From: Neocallimastix sp. 'constans'
Lineage: Eukaryota
Length of the DNA stretch: 64,000 nt
Assembly: GCA_050613775.1 (NCBI GenBank)
Contig: JBODTK010000153.1
Span: 62,001 to 126,000 of the forward strand
Reading direction: 5' to 3'
The first letter of the stretch is position 1. Every line of letters starts with the position of its first letter. Shown here one piece after another: positions 31,991 to 44,937 of the stretch. Both the position numbers and the translations under genes were made by a program. The notes under the pieces were generated by a model that made no database searches, was not told where the DNA came from, and worked only from the letters and a program-made list of their open reading frames with translations.

Positions 31991-32837
31991 AAATGATTTT
32001 CATAAAACTTCTTGTGGTTATTTTCCAATATAGAATTTAATTTAGGACAGTTTCGTTTGGTATGTCCTTCATTGCTACAAAACCAGAAAGTACTAATTTT
32101 CATTTCTTTCATCTTGTTAGTGAGATTTTCTATAGATACATTTTTGTGGGTTTTTGGTTTGTTAAAATCATTTGAAATGTTCTTATTAAAATTACTTTTA
32201 GAGTTAAGGAGATTGTAACGAGTCTTATCATAATATTCAGTACTATTTTTAATAGATAAACGATCAACTTTTTCAGCTATAGCGAATGCTTTGGTAATAG
32301 AAATATGGTCTTTAAGCATAACCTTTCTCCATGCGTCAGGATTATTGGTTAAGGAATCTGCATAATCTAAAACACTAATTTTTCTTCTTCTCTTTTTATC
32401 CAATTTATGGTACAAAGATCTATAACGGACATTAAAATCTTTAACTTTCTCGTTCTTCTTTATTTTCATGGAACGCAATTCTCGTAACAAGTTGGTTTGA
32501 TCTTCTTTAAGTCCATAGAAAGTCTTCAGATGATTTATTATTTCATCAAGGCTTGGGTAGGTGTTACTAGATTCACTTTCTTCATCATCTTCTCCTTCAC
32601 TATCGCTATCGAAATCAGAATCTTCATCTTCAGTAAGGTCATTTCCATCTTCTAATTCTTGGGTAATATCTCTTGGTTCTCCAGAAGCCGTTAATATACA
32701 AGCAGTAAAAATAGTTTCAGGATCCTTGATATGTTGGTATTTTATCCATGCCTTTAACTCATTTGCCCAAGAATTGATGTCAAGGTTTTGTTTAGTAAGC
32801 TTTTCAAAATCTTTTAATTCTTTCTTTTATTCTCTGA
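31981..32837 (-). pseudogene. Gypsy D gag
   Basis: Retrotransposon gag-like (EKVKDFNVRY), degenerate knuckle FWFCSNEGHTKRNC, ends HLNH*. 5' frame broken. Confidence 0.8.
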
Positions 32838-34012
32838 AGCTAAGGTTACTTTCTGGAGTACTCTGTTGGAGTACTGGATGTACTGGATGTTCTCATAAAA
32901 TAAAATTTATTGTATCTATAGAACGCTAAACCTCGTAATGTATAAATTGTTATAAAAAAAAATAAAAATAAAAAAAAGAAAAATAATTCTTTTAACTAAT
33001 AAAATTATTAATTATTTATAATTATTAATCATTTATTAAATTATAATAATGGTGAAATCGTGAAATCTGATAGTACACACTGTCTGACGTGCAGCTTACC
33101 TCTTGAAAGGTGTCATGCCACGCGTGTGCCACTGTTACTATTTTCAATATAAAAAATAGCAGTCCAGAGCCTACTAGCCCAATTACTATATAGGATAAAC
33201 TTAACCCGGAAATCTATGCATGAATATTAGTTTAATTTAATATTAATTAATATTTTTAAAAATTAATAATAATAAGTTAAAAATATAAAAATTGTTTTTT
33301 TAAAAAAAAAATTATTTGTTTTATTAGAAAAATTATTTACTAATATTATAATTTTATCCCCAATGTATTAATTTATTATTATATTCCCCGATATCTCCAC
33401 CAATTTTTCATGGTGTGGTTCATGTAGTTTTAGGAATATAATAATAATTAACACAAATAATAAAATTACAATAAAAAAAATAATTTGTTTTAAAATCAAT
33501 ATTTATTTATTTAAATTTATAAAAGAAAAATAATAATATAATTATTTATTTAATAAAAGTAAGTTATTGATTATATTTTATTTCACTAAAAATTACATGT
33601 ATTTATATTTTTTTATCAAATTAAAATTTGCAAAGCCTAACTATTTCTTAATAAACTAATTACTAATTATTTTTATAAATAAAACATTTAAATTGAAATT
33701 GAATTATTATTTTAGTTAATAATATTATTGTTATTAATAAAATTTGATTTTATTTAAAAGTTTATTAATTAATTAAATTTAATAAAAAGGTAATTACAAT
33801 GTTTTAACATAAAATAAAATCACGCTTTTTATATACATTTGAAATGTGGCGTAATTAAATAAAACATTTTTCTATTACTAATGTATTACTAATATTTTGA
33901 TCATGTGAGTAATGATGAATTATTCTAAAATTCTATGATTATTAATAATAAAACTAAAATTACTAATTAAATTGTTTTCATATTTTAACATGCATTCTCA
34001 AATTAAATTATT

Positions 34013-36257
34013 TTAAAAAAAAATTTTATTTGCAAATTTAGTTATTTTAGTACCGTTAACATTTTTGGTTAATATATCGGCTAACATTTCATTTGTATTT
34101 ATATATTCTAATTTTATAATATTCTTTTCAATGAGGTCTTTATTAAAATAATATTTTATTTCTATAGGTTTTAATTTTGTGTTTAAATCTCCGTTTTCCA
34201 TACTTGTTTTACTAGAAAGGTTATCAGTGTATAATTTTATTGGCTTGCTAAATTTAAATATTTCGTTTAATATATTTTTAAACCATAAAATCTTTTTTAT
34301 GCATTCTGAAGGGCTGATGTATTCAGCTTCCGCAGTTGATGTTGCAACTATAGTTTGCTTTTTAGATGACCAGCTTATTGGAGAATTTCCCATTAATATT
34401 ATATAGCCTGATATTGATTTTCGATCCTTTATATCTCCAGCAAAGTTTGCATCTGAGTAAGTTATGATTTCACCTTTTCCATCATATTTTAATTTATATT
34501 CTTTTGTCCCATTTAAATATTTTAATATGTTCATTACTTTTTTCCAATCACTTATTGTTGGTTCTTCACAATTTCTTGCTGCTTTATGTACAGCAAATGT
34601 AATGTCAGGTCTTGTGCATTTTGATAGGAATATTAATGCACCAATGGCACTCTTATAAATTGTTTTGTTAAATTCTTTTTTATTTTCTGTCTTAAAGTTA
34701 TCACCGGTGCATGGTGTTTTGGACTTCTTAATATTATTTATGTTGAATCTTTCTAATATATTGTTTATGTAGTTCTTTTGTGAAATATAATATATGTTAT
34801 TTTTATTTTCTATTTCGATTCCTAAAATGTAATTTAAATCTCCAGAATTGGATATTTTAAAATTTTCTTTGATCCTCTTTATTATTTTATTTGTTTCATT
34901 TTCAATCCCGGTAATGATCATATCGTCTACATATATTCCTATTATACATGTTAATTTATTTTTATTTTCTTTTATGAATATACATTGTTCTGATTTTAAT
35001 TGTTTATATCCATTTTTAGTCAAAAAGTTTGATATAGTTCTGTTCCATTGACGTCCGGATTGTTTCAATCCATATAATGCCTTATTAAGACGCCAATATC
35101 CCCTCTCAAAGTAGCGGTCACCTTGTGGAATCATTACGTAAATTTCCTCATCAAGTCGTGCATTAAGGTACGCTGCTTTGATATCTAATTGCTTGCAAAC
35201 CCAATTAAATTTTACAGCAATAGCGATAATTAATTTGAGGGCATCCATATTAAGTGTAGGAGAATATGTTAAATTGTAATCAATGCCCTTTTTCTGTCTG
35301 AAGCCTTTAACATCGAGTCTAGCTTTGAATTTACTAATATTATTGAATTTGTCTTTTTTAACTGTAAAAACCCATTTGGTAGGAATAGCACTTTTATTTT
35401 TTGGAAGAGTAGGAGTAAATGTCATAATATTGTTGTTATATAAATTATCAATTTCATCTTTAATAGCGATTTTCCATTGTTGATTATGAGGACCATAAAT
35501 AGCTTGTTCATAAGTGAGAGGTGCATCATTAATAATAATTGAAATTGATTTATTGTTTGAAATACTATTGTCAATATTTGAGATATTGTTGATACCAGAA
35601 AATGGATTAGAATCAACTTCAAATACGTCGATATCATCATCTAAAGAGTTGAAATATGCATTCATATTGGTGATATTTTTATTAGGTGTTCTTGTATTAA
35701 TAACCTTTTTATTTTTTATATTTAGTTTTTTATTATTAAAATCTGCTTTGTCTAAATTAATTTTATATTTAGGATCAATTATATTAAATTTGTTTTTCCT
35801 TTTTTCTAATATATTTTTAATTCTATTGATTTTGTTACTATTATTATCGAGATTATTATTTATATTGTTATTAGTTTTGGAAATATTCAAATTATAATTA
35901 TTTCCATTTGAATTATTTTGGTTATAATCTATTATTTCTAAATTCTTTTTATTCATATTAAATCCATCGTATTCATGATTATTCAAATTTTCATAATTTT
36001 CATTATTTTCATTATTTATTTGACTATTATTCGAATTTTCAATATTTGAATCATTATTTTTAATTTTATTATTATTATTGAAATTTTCATCATTAGGTAC
36101 AACGGCGATATTGAACTCGTCACCTTTTGGTTCATAGTCTGAACTATTATTATCTTTAGAATTAATTATTATAGGATATGTAATGGTATTGAACTCAGGA
36201 CTTTTCATCTCATTCTCAAGACTTTCCGATTGCACCAAATAATCTGTTCTGTCATTT
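34013..36257 (-). pseudogene. Copia B pol 3' part (linker, RT, RNase H), 5'-truncated by insertions
   Basis: KARL, QLDIKAAYL, LYGLKQSGRQW, YVDD, SWSSKKQ, STAEAEY, LADILTK. Confidence 0.92.
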
Positions 36258-36814
36258 TGTAAAAGGTAAGTTTATTATTAACTAAAATAACGAATAATAA
36301 TTAAATCTAAAGGTTAAGATAACTTAACACCTCTCTATTCGAGTTGTTAATAATAAACACTAAATTAATTAATTCTATAATTATCATTTCTTTTTACACT
36401 AGAGTATAGCGCAGTACTTTATAACTCTATTCGTTATCAGTTACTGGGCTTACACTGAGTAATATTTTTTATTTAATAATTATATTTTTATTTATCAATA
36501 TTAATATTTATAATAACAATTTACGTTAATAGTAACGCTAGTGCGTTACAGTTACAAGTTCAATTATTATTTATACATGTCAATAATATTATGATTGGTA
36601 AATAATTTAATTTAGCTTAGTTTACTAATCACTAAATAAAATATATTTAAATAAATATTTAACTATATAATTATTTATAAAATAATAAAATTTAATGTAC
36701 GAAAGTAATAAAAGATTTTATTTGATTAGCCGAAATTGCTAGCTGTTTAGAGATACGTTACGTAACCAAAGAACTATCATTGGATAGGCTTGAAGTTACC
36801 ATGTATCTGTTACA
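36258..36814. mobile_element. Solo LTR 'K' (557 bp) in Copia B pol
   Basis: Termini TGTAA...TTACA. TSD CATTT at 36253-36257 and 36815-36819. Confidence 0.85.
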
Positions 36815-36824
36815 CATTTATAAA

Positions 36825-37841
36825 TGTAAGAATCTATAATTATTTTTAACAAAATAATTATATTTTCTTATTTAGGTTATAATTAATATAACTTTTATTT
36901 AACTCATATTTCATTTATACAATTAATTATAATTAATAATTTATTTAATTATATATTAAAATTTTATTTAGTTTAATATTAAAAATTTATTTAATCAAAT
37001 AATTTTTATACATTTAAAATAATATTAAATTTATTTAATTATTCACTTAATTATTAAATTTATTAGTTTTAGTTTTCTCTCACTTATTAAATCATAAACT
37101 AAAACACTATTCTGTATTTTATCATGTATTCTGTATTTTATCATGTATTCTGTATTCTATCATGTATTCTGTATTGTATTAATCATGTATTTTATTATTA
37201 ATGTATTGTTTTATATTTTTATGTAAAGTTCTATAAAATAGAACTAAATAGATTAAATTTTAAATTTTATGATCGAAATAATTTTCATTATTTTATTCTT
37301 TTATTTTCGATCATTATATTAGATTAAGTAATCGGTTAATTAAGGTTTTTCCAATTACTTCTTAAAAGTAATCGGTTTTACTTAATTAACGCGATGATCG
37401 ATATGGATAGAATATCGATCAAAAAACTTATCTAGGTTTTTCTTCTAGTCTTTTCCTAGATAAGAGATTTGTTAAAATTAGAACCCCTTTTGATTTTAAC
37501 CTTATTTTGACAAAAAAGTATAAATAAGGCTCTTGAGTTCTCTTTGAGAAATCAAGAGTTATTATTATAACAATTATAATATAATAATAATAACAATAAG
37601 TTTTAACATTTAAAATCTTTAATAAAAAATAAAACAAATTATTTTAATAAAACAAATTTTATAATTAAAACTTTTCCTTATCAATTTTAGTGTTTCGTCT
37701 ATTATAATTCGTTATAATAAACTCGATAATTAGAAAGAACCATAGGTAAGTATGATTCTTTTCTAAACCTTTAATATTAGCAGTTAGAGCTAATATTAAT
37801 GATTAATAATTTAATTATAATTTTTTAATTAAATTATTACA
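36825..37841. mobile_element. Solo LTR 'F1' (~1017 bp), followed by a truncated second copy at 37847-37895
   Basis: Termini TGTAA...TTACA. TSD ATAAA at 36820-36824 and 37842-37846. The first 49 bp recur at 37847. Diverged relative at 43487-44307. Confidence 0.85.
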
Positions 37842-37895
37842 ATAAATGTAAGAATCTATAATTATTTTTAACAAAATAATTATATTTTCTTATTT

Positions 37896-39068
37896 TGTCA
37901 CGAATACTAGTGGATTTGAAGTTAAAATTCACTATTAGATCAATTAAAATTTAATTTAGTTATTGACAAAAATTATTTTAATTCGATTTTAATTATAAAA
38001 ATAAATATTAGAAACATTAAAGAATTAGAAACCAAAGGGTTTGGACTTATTTATTAAAGATAATTTAATTTAACCCTTAAGAAATTGATAAAAATAACAT
38101 GAAGAAAAAACAATGATAACTCAACAAATAATGAATGGAAATATTATATTGACATTCCCGCTAAAATTATATCCATTGGAAAGCTACGGTCGAGAACTAC
38201 AACATATGTTAAAATCAACCTTATTGGACAACAAGATAACGAGATATTGGACTTTAAAGATATTTAAATATAAAAATATAATTTAATTACTAATTAAGAC
38301 CCTAAATTATTAATTAAGAAATTTATATTAGAAAAATCTCTTAATTTGGAAATTATATTATTAATTTTTATTATTAATTAAAAATACAGAATTAGTTACT
38401 AGTAATAGTTTTATAATATTTTAAATAAGTTTTATAAGTTTTATATATTTTATAATTATATATTTTATTCAATTATTTTCTAAAAGATTCTAAGGAATTC
38501 TTTATTATTCTAAAGATTTCCGAAAGAGAATTTTTAATTAATTTTAATAATTTATATTATTTTATTTTATATTTTATTATTAAATTAGTTTTATTATTAA
38601 ATTGTTTTATGAATAAGTTATATAGTTATTTTATTAAAAGATTCTTATCAATATTATTTTATTATTATATTTTATATAGTTTATATACATGTATGAATAT
38701 ATTAAGATTAAAATGTATTAATTAATTATATTGTTAATTATTATTTTAGTTTAGTATAAAAAGGATTTGAAATTCCATATTTTGAATTCTTTGTAAGATT
38801 ATTAATCTAAAATATTAACATAAAGTTAATAAATTAATTATAACAATAAATAATTCTTTATATTAATCTTAGTTAATTTATTATTAAAATATATATTAAA
38901 TAAAGTTCTAATAAAACATAAATCTTAAATATTGAAATCTTAATTATAAAACTCTGTGTGTGTTATTTATTATTTAAATTTAATTAATAAAAACATCTTG
39001 ACCTGACCAATTTAACCCAAAACTAGGAAAGATATAGCAAGAAACTTATCTAAACACTCAATTTTACA
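37896..39068. mobile_element. Probable LTR 'G' without TSD (recombinant solo LTR)
   Basis: Termini TGT...ACA. The 3' ~620 bp match 44308-44937 in reverse complement. Flanks differ (TATTT vs ACGAA). Confidence 0.6.
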
Positions 39069-39991
39069 ACGAATATCTTCATAATCAATATCATCTTCGA
39101 ATTCCATATTTTCGATATATCTATTGTAGTAATATTTTCTATTTAATTTCCTATCTTCTTCATCTAAAAATTTATAATATTTACTCTTTTTTTTAAAAAT
39201 ATTATATTTACAGTCCTTTTTAATATGCTTAGTTGAATTGCATATAAAAATTCTTCTTTATTATAAGGGTGTTTTCCTTTGTAATCGCTTCTTTGCTTTT
39301 GATTATTGATTCCTTTATACTTTCGGTTAATTGAATCAATATCCATCGGGTCATCTGGTCTTGTATCCTGTTTTGATTCTATTCTTCTTATCTTGGAGGT
39401 ATCTTCCATATATATTTCATATTTTGTAAATTCTCTAATTTTCTTGATAAGAGAATCTACAGTCGTATCGTTATCGATTACAATCTTCATTTGTGTACAA
39501 CTTGGCATGGCATTATATATAAATTTCGTCTTTTCTTCTTTACTCAGATTCAGATTATTTTCTTCCATGTTTGAGTAAATTTCTTCAATTTCATTCAAAA
39601 TATTGAAAACTTCTTTTTTATTTTTGGCTTTTAGGAGTCTTAAATTTGACATCCACTTTTCCATGGATTCATTCAAATCTTCTTCATATTTTTCTTTCAA
39701 TTTCTTTAAAATGCTGTAGGCGGTCTTTAAATTTCTAATACTATTGTGTGTTTCAATGTTTATAGTATTAAAAATAACCATTTGGGCTTTTGAATCTTGC
39801 ATTATTGCTTCTTTGATTCTTGCTTTATCATTTGGGTTTTCTTTCTTCAATTGTTCAATTACATCATTTTCGATGAATTCCTTAAGGTTCATGCTGGTTA
39901 ATGATACTTCTAATCTTGATAACCAGACATTGTAATTCTTGTTAATAATTACATTGTAGTTCATAACTTCGTTTTGGTTGTTTGCAAACAT
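39069..39991 (-). pseudogene. Copia B gag, frameshifted at the zinc knuckle and cut by LTR G
   Basis: NYNVW...DDPMDID, similar to Copia A gag. Knuckle ICNSTKHIKKDC lies in a shifted frame. ATG only ~15 nt after the PBS. Confidence 0.85.
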
Positions 39992-40180
39992 TTTATTAAG
40001 CTAAGTGAGACTCTTAATCTAATAAAATTTGATTTTATTTAAAAGTTTATTTATTAATTAAATTTAATAAAAAGGTAATTACAATGTTTTAACATAAAAT
40101 AAAGTCACGCTTTTTATATACATTTGAAATGTGGCGTAATTAAATAAAACATTTTTCTATTACTAATGTATTACTAATAT

Positions 40181-40563
40181 TGATATAAAACAAATATGTG
40201 TAGTAACATATTTGTATATTTAATAATAATTATTAAATATTAAATTTATATCTTTTTGATAATAATTATTTTATTTTATTTTATTTCAATATGTATTATT
40301 ATAATTATAATAATTATAATACTTTAATTCATATAAAATTTATATAATTCTATATATTAGAATATTATAATTAATATATTACCTATTTCTTATAAATTAA
40401 ATTATTTATATTAGAAATAGAGAACTCTCTTGTAAAATTTTAGGAATTAGAATTATTATTTTAATTGTACGAATATTATATTTTTATTAATAAAATTTAC
40501 TAAACTATCATTATTTAAAACCCACTGCTTATAAATTATTGCACATAAAAGTCCCGCATATCA
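40181..40563. mobile_element. Solo LTR 'J' (383 bp) inside the Copia B 5' LTR
   Basis: Termini TGATAT...ATATCA with a 4-bp TSD ATAT. Removing it restores the 256-bp LTR exactly. Confidence 0.9.
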
Positions 40564-41084
40564 ATATTTTGATCATGTGAGTAATGATGAATTATTCTAA
40601 AATTCTATTATTATTAATAATAAACCTAAAATTACTAATTAAATTATTTTCATATTTTAACAGTTATAAATAGTAGTTAAATATTATTGAATTATTAATT
40701 ATTTAATAATAGTTTAATATTAATATATATAAAATAAAAATAAAGATATTATACAGAATATTTTAATTGTGGTTTAGTTAAATTTAGTAATTAAAAATAA
40801 ATTTAAATTGATAACGAAAATTTTAATAACTAATTAAATAGATTTGATTATTTTCAATATAACATATTACAAAAGAAATATAATATTAATATATTAAGTG
40901 GGCAAGGACAATATTCTTGGCTAAAGATTTTTAATACATTATAATGGAATCGGATCGATAATTCAAAAAGGAATTATATTTTAATTGGTGATTTATTAAC
41001 TTAAGATTTCTATTTAGTAATATTTGAAGAATATTGGAAAGTTCCAATTATATAGAATAGAATAATCTATAAGGTTAGAATAAT

Positions 41085-41780
41085 TGTTGAAATAATAACT
41101 GAATTGAAATCTCAATTTCAGTTATTTACATTTCAATAATTAAAAATATTAATTTTTCAAAATTTCAAAATTTCAAAATTCAAAAAATATAGCTATATTA
41201 CACTCTTAACAATCAATTTATAATTCAATATAATCATAATTTTATAAATTAATGTAATTTTCATTTTTTTAAAATTTAATGCAACAAATTAAGAAGTTAA
41301 TTGAAATTAAAATTTCAAAATTTCAATTTCAAAAATTCTAAATCAAATCCATTCAAAAATGGTACCATTATATTTCCAACTATCAATTTTATTAACTAAA
41401 TTTTAATTTTACTAAATTTTAGAAATTTCAAAATTTCAATGAAATGGTGTCACTTGAAATGGGGTTTCCTATAAAAATTTAAAAGGACTCAAGTGACCTT
41501 CTTCCTTTGAAATTAAAAAATTTTTAATTTATGAAATTTCAAAAATTTTTTTAATAAAAATTTAGACCTCCGTATCGTTACACAAAAATCGTCTTGAATC
41601 CGATTTTTATGGGAGGGCGTTGTTGAAATTATAACTGAATTGAAATCTCAATTTCAGTTATTTATATTTCAATAATTAAAAATATTATTTATTTAATTAT
41701 AAATAATATATATATTTAAATAATTAATAATTAATATAAATTCTTGTTTAATATTTAAAGGGTTATCTTAGGCCTAACAA
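41085..41780 (+). mobile_element. Small unresolved LTR-like element 'E'
   Basis: ~65-bp direct repeat starting TGTTGAAA at 41085 and 41621. The second copy is preceded by PPT-like GGGAGGGCGT. Right end uncertain. Confidence 0.5.
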
Positions 41781-41858
41781 TTCTGAGAATATTAATAAAT
41801 AAGGTTTATATTAATAATTAATTTCAATGATACATTTGACGTCACGTGTATTTTATTT

Positions 41859-42961
41859 TGATATGCGGGACTTTTATGTGCAATAATTTATAAGCAGTGG
41901 GTTTTAAATAATTGTAGTTTAGTAAATTTTATTAATAAAATTATAATATTCGTACAATTAAAATAATAATTCTAATTCCTAAAATTTTACAAGAGAGCTC
42001 TCTATTTCTAATATAAATAATTTAATCTATTTATAAGAAATAGGTAATATATTAATTATATATTCTAATATATAGAAATATATAAATTTTATATGAATTA
42101 AAGTATTATAATTATTATAATTATAATAATATTGTAAAAGAAAATACTAAAATAGATTACAATAACAAGATACAATAAATTTTATTTTATTAAAAAATTT
42201 TTATTAAAAATATATTTTATTAATATTTAATATTTATTAATAGTTATTTATTCAATAACAATTACATCGAGAAAAAATGTAAAAAGTATCTTCTATTTAT
42301 ACTTTTCCTAAATACATTGATAATATATTATTTTATTTAAATTACATATATTTTAATATAAAACTATCCTAATGAATTTTATTAAATAATAAATTTATAA
42401 ACTATAACTAAATTTAGAAAAATATAATTATTAATTAAACTAAATACTAAATAATTAAAATTAAGTACATTTATTATCTATTTATTATTTTAATATTATA
42501 AGTAAAATCTTTATTTATTTTCGATTTAAAAACAATGTTAAAGGAGTCATGATTAAATTTTGAAACTTAATTTTCACAAAATAAATTATTAATTTATTTT
42601 GTTTTAAACTTTAATTAATTCATTTAAATTATTTTACAACAATAATTTTCTCAGAATTAAATTTTATAAAAATTATTACATTAAAAATTTATCTTGTAGC
42701 TTAAAGAATATAATTCAAAAATTTAGTTCATATGATTTATTTACTTTGTTTATTATTTTATAAATCAAAGAATAATTTACATTTTTGAATTACACAAGAA
42801 AAATTTTTAATTTAAAATGTAATTGGGATAATCACATCTTTACAAATATATATTGAAATAAAATAAAATAAAATAATTATTATCATAAAGATATAAATTT
42901 AATATTTAATAATTATTATTAAATATACAAATATGTTACTACACATATTTGTTTTATATCA
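41859..42961. mobile_element. Second copy of LTR J (inverted relative to 40181-40563), interrupted by solo LTR L
   Basis: tgatatgcgggacttt...gttttatatca is the reverse complement of J. No matching TSD. Confidence 0.85.
42133..42844. mobile_element. Solo LTR 'L' (712 bp)
   Basis: Termini TGTAAA...TTTACA. TSD AATAT on both sides. Confidence 0.85.
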
Positions 42962-43486
42962 AAAATGCCCTTGCTAAAAATTAAACTATATATTTTTTTT
43001 ATAAAAGAAAATATAAGGTTTAATTAATATAAATAATAATTTTAAAATTTTATTTTGAACTTTTATTTATTTACTGTGTAATAATAGTAAATAATTAAAT
43101 TATAAATTATATTTATTTATTTGTTGTATAATTATACATATAAAATATAATATAAAAAAAAAATTATAAAATATTATTATTTATTTATTTAATAAATAAT
43201 ACATATGTATAATTTAAATTATTACTTACTTATTCATCTAATGAATAATATAAAGATAAATGTAATATAAAATTATAAATTATTATTATTATTTATTTAT
43301 TTAATATATATGAAAAATTATATATCATATTCATATAATTTAAAATTCAAATTATTATTATTATTTTTATTCATTTAATGAATAATATACAATATATATA
43401 TATTGTAAAATTAATTATTATTATTTATTTACTTATTAATACAAAATATATATAATATATAATATATATTTATAAATTATTGTTCA

Positions 43487-44307
43487 TGTAAGAAATAATA
43501 ATTATTTACTAATAAATAATTATTATTTCTTATTCTTTATAATTATTGATAATAATTATAAATTTATTTAAATTTTAACAAAATTTTATTTAATTAATTA
43601 TTAATTATTCATTTATAAATAATTATAATTTATTATATATTTAATTATTAAATTTATTAGTTTTAGTTTATTTATTTAATTAAATTGTAAACAAACACAT
43701 CATGTATTCTATTATGTATTTAATAATGTATTCTGTATTTTATTTAATATTTTATTTTCCTTTTTTGTAAATTTATTATTTTAAGATCGAAATATTTTTT
43801 AATTATTTTATTCTTTTATTTTCGATCATTAGATTAGATTAGGAATCGGTTAATTAGGGTTTTTTCCAATTTCTTCCTAAAAGTAATTGGTTTTACCTAA
43901 TTGATACGATGATCGATATGGATAGAATATCGATCAAAAATCTTATCTAGGTTTTTCTGTCTAATCTTTTCCTAGATAAGAAATTTGTTAAGATTAGAAA
44001 ACCTTTTCTTATTTAACCTTATTTTCATAAAAAAATATAAATAAGGCTCTTGAGTTCTCTTTAAGGAATCAAGAATTATTATTATAAAAATATAGTTATA
44101 ATAGTAACGATTTTATATTTTAAACTTTAACAAATTAATAAAATATTTTATTCAAAAAACATACTTTAAAAATTAAATTTATACAAATCTTTCTTCCTTC
44201 TTATTTTTCATGTTATTATTATAATTAATTTTATAATAAACTCCACTAATATTTAGGTAAAACTTTTTTTTATTTTCTCAACTTAATGAATTAATCGTTA
44301 AGTTGAA
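43487..44307. mobile_element. Diverged, truncated LTR of family F ('F2')
   Basis: Starts TGTAAGAA. 43780-44090 is similar to 37270-37575. Interrupted by a G-family LTR at 44308. Confidence 0.75.
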
Positions 44308-44937
44308 TGTAAAATTTAAATTGAGTGTTTAGGTAAGATTCTTGCTATATCTTTCCTAGTTTGGGTTAAATTGGTCAGGTCAAGATGTTTTTATTAATTA
44401 TAACAATTAATTAAATTTAAATAATAAATAACACACACAAAGTTTTATAATTAAGATTTCAATATTTAAGATTTATGTTTTATTAGAACTTTATTTAATA
44501 TATATTTTAATAATAAATTTTAACTAAGATTAATATAAAGAATTATTTATTGTTATAATTAATTTATTAACTTTAAGTTAACACATTAAATTAATAATCT
44601 TACAAAGAATTCAAAATATGGAATTTCAAATCCTTTTTATACTAAACTAAAATAATAATTAACAATATAATTAAATAATACATTTTAATCTTAATATATT
44701 CATACATGTATATAAACTGTATAAAATATAATAATAAAATAATATTGATAAGAATCTTTTAATAAAATAACTATATAACTTATTCATAAAACAATTTAAT
44801 AATAAAACTAATTTAATAATCAAATATAAAATAAAATGAAATATTAAAACTAATTAAAAATTCTCTTTCGGAAATCTTTAGAATAATAAAGAATTCCTTA
44901 GAATCTTTTAGAAAATAATTAAATAAAAATATATAAT
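44308..44937. mobile_element. Truncated LTR of family G, interrupted by element H
   Basis: Reverse-complement near-identity to ~38450-39068. Starts TGTAAAAT. Confidence 0.8.

Larger units (their letters stand above)
33735..40662 (-). mobile_element. Ty1/Copia element 'B' nested in the Gypsy D 5' LTR
   Basis: 256-bp LTRs at 33735-33990 and 40020-40662 (the latter with a 383-bp insert). TSD GTTAT at 33730-33734 and 40663-40667. PBS at 40006-40019. PR and IN missing. Confidence 0.93.
27175..41084 (-). mobile_element. Ty3/Gypsy element 'D' (no chromodomain); 5' LTR split by Copia B and truncated by a further insertion
   Basis: 3' LTR at 27175-27962. 5' LTR at 33411-33734 plus 40663-41084. PPT AGCGGGGGCATCA near 27963-27975. 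tRNA-Ala-type PBS (TGGTGGAGATATCGGGGA) at 33385-33402. Confidence 0.9.

Noticed and set aside
33164..33212. Hairpin ribozyme loop B (CCAGAG...UAAC-CCGG on the plus strand)
   Set aside because: It lacks the AGAAA/GUAUAUUAC core and loop A, and the pairing works better on the minus strand.
34013..36257. Copia B RT/RH as the missing 3' half of Copia C
   Set aside because: It is bounded by B LTRs with a matching GTTAT TSD, and the C LTR sequence is different.
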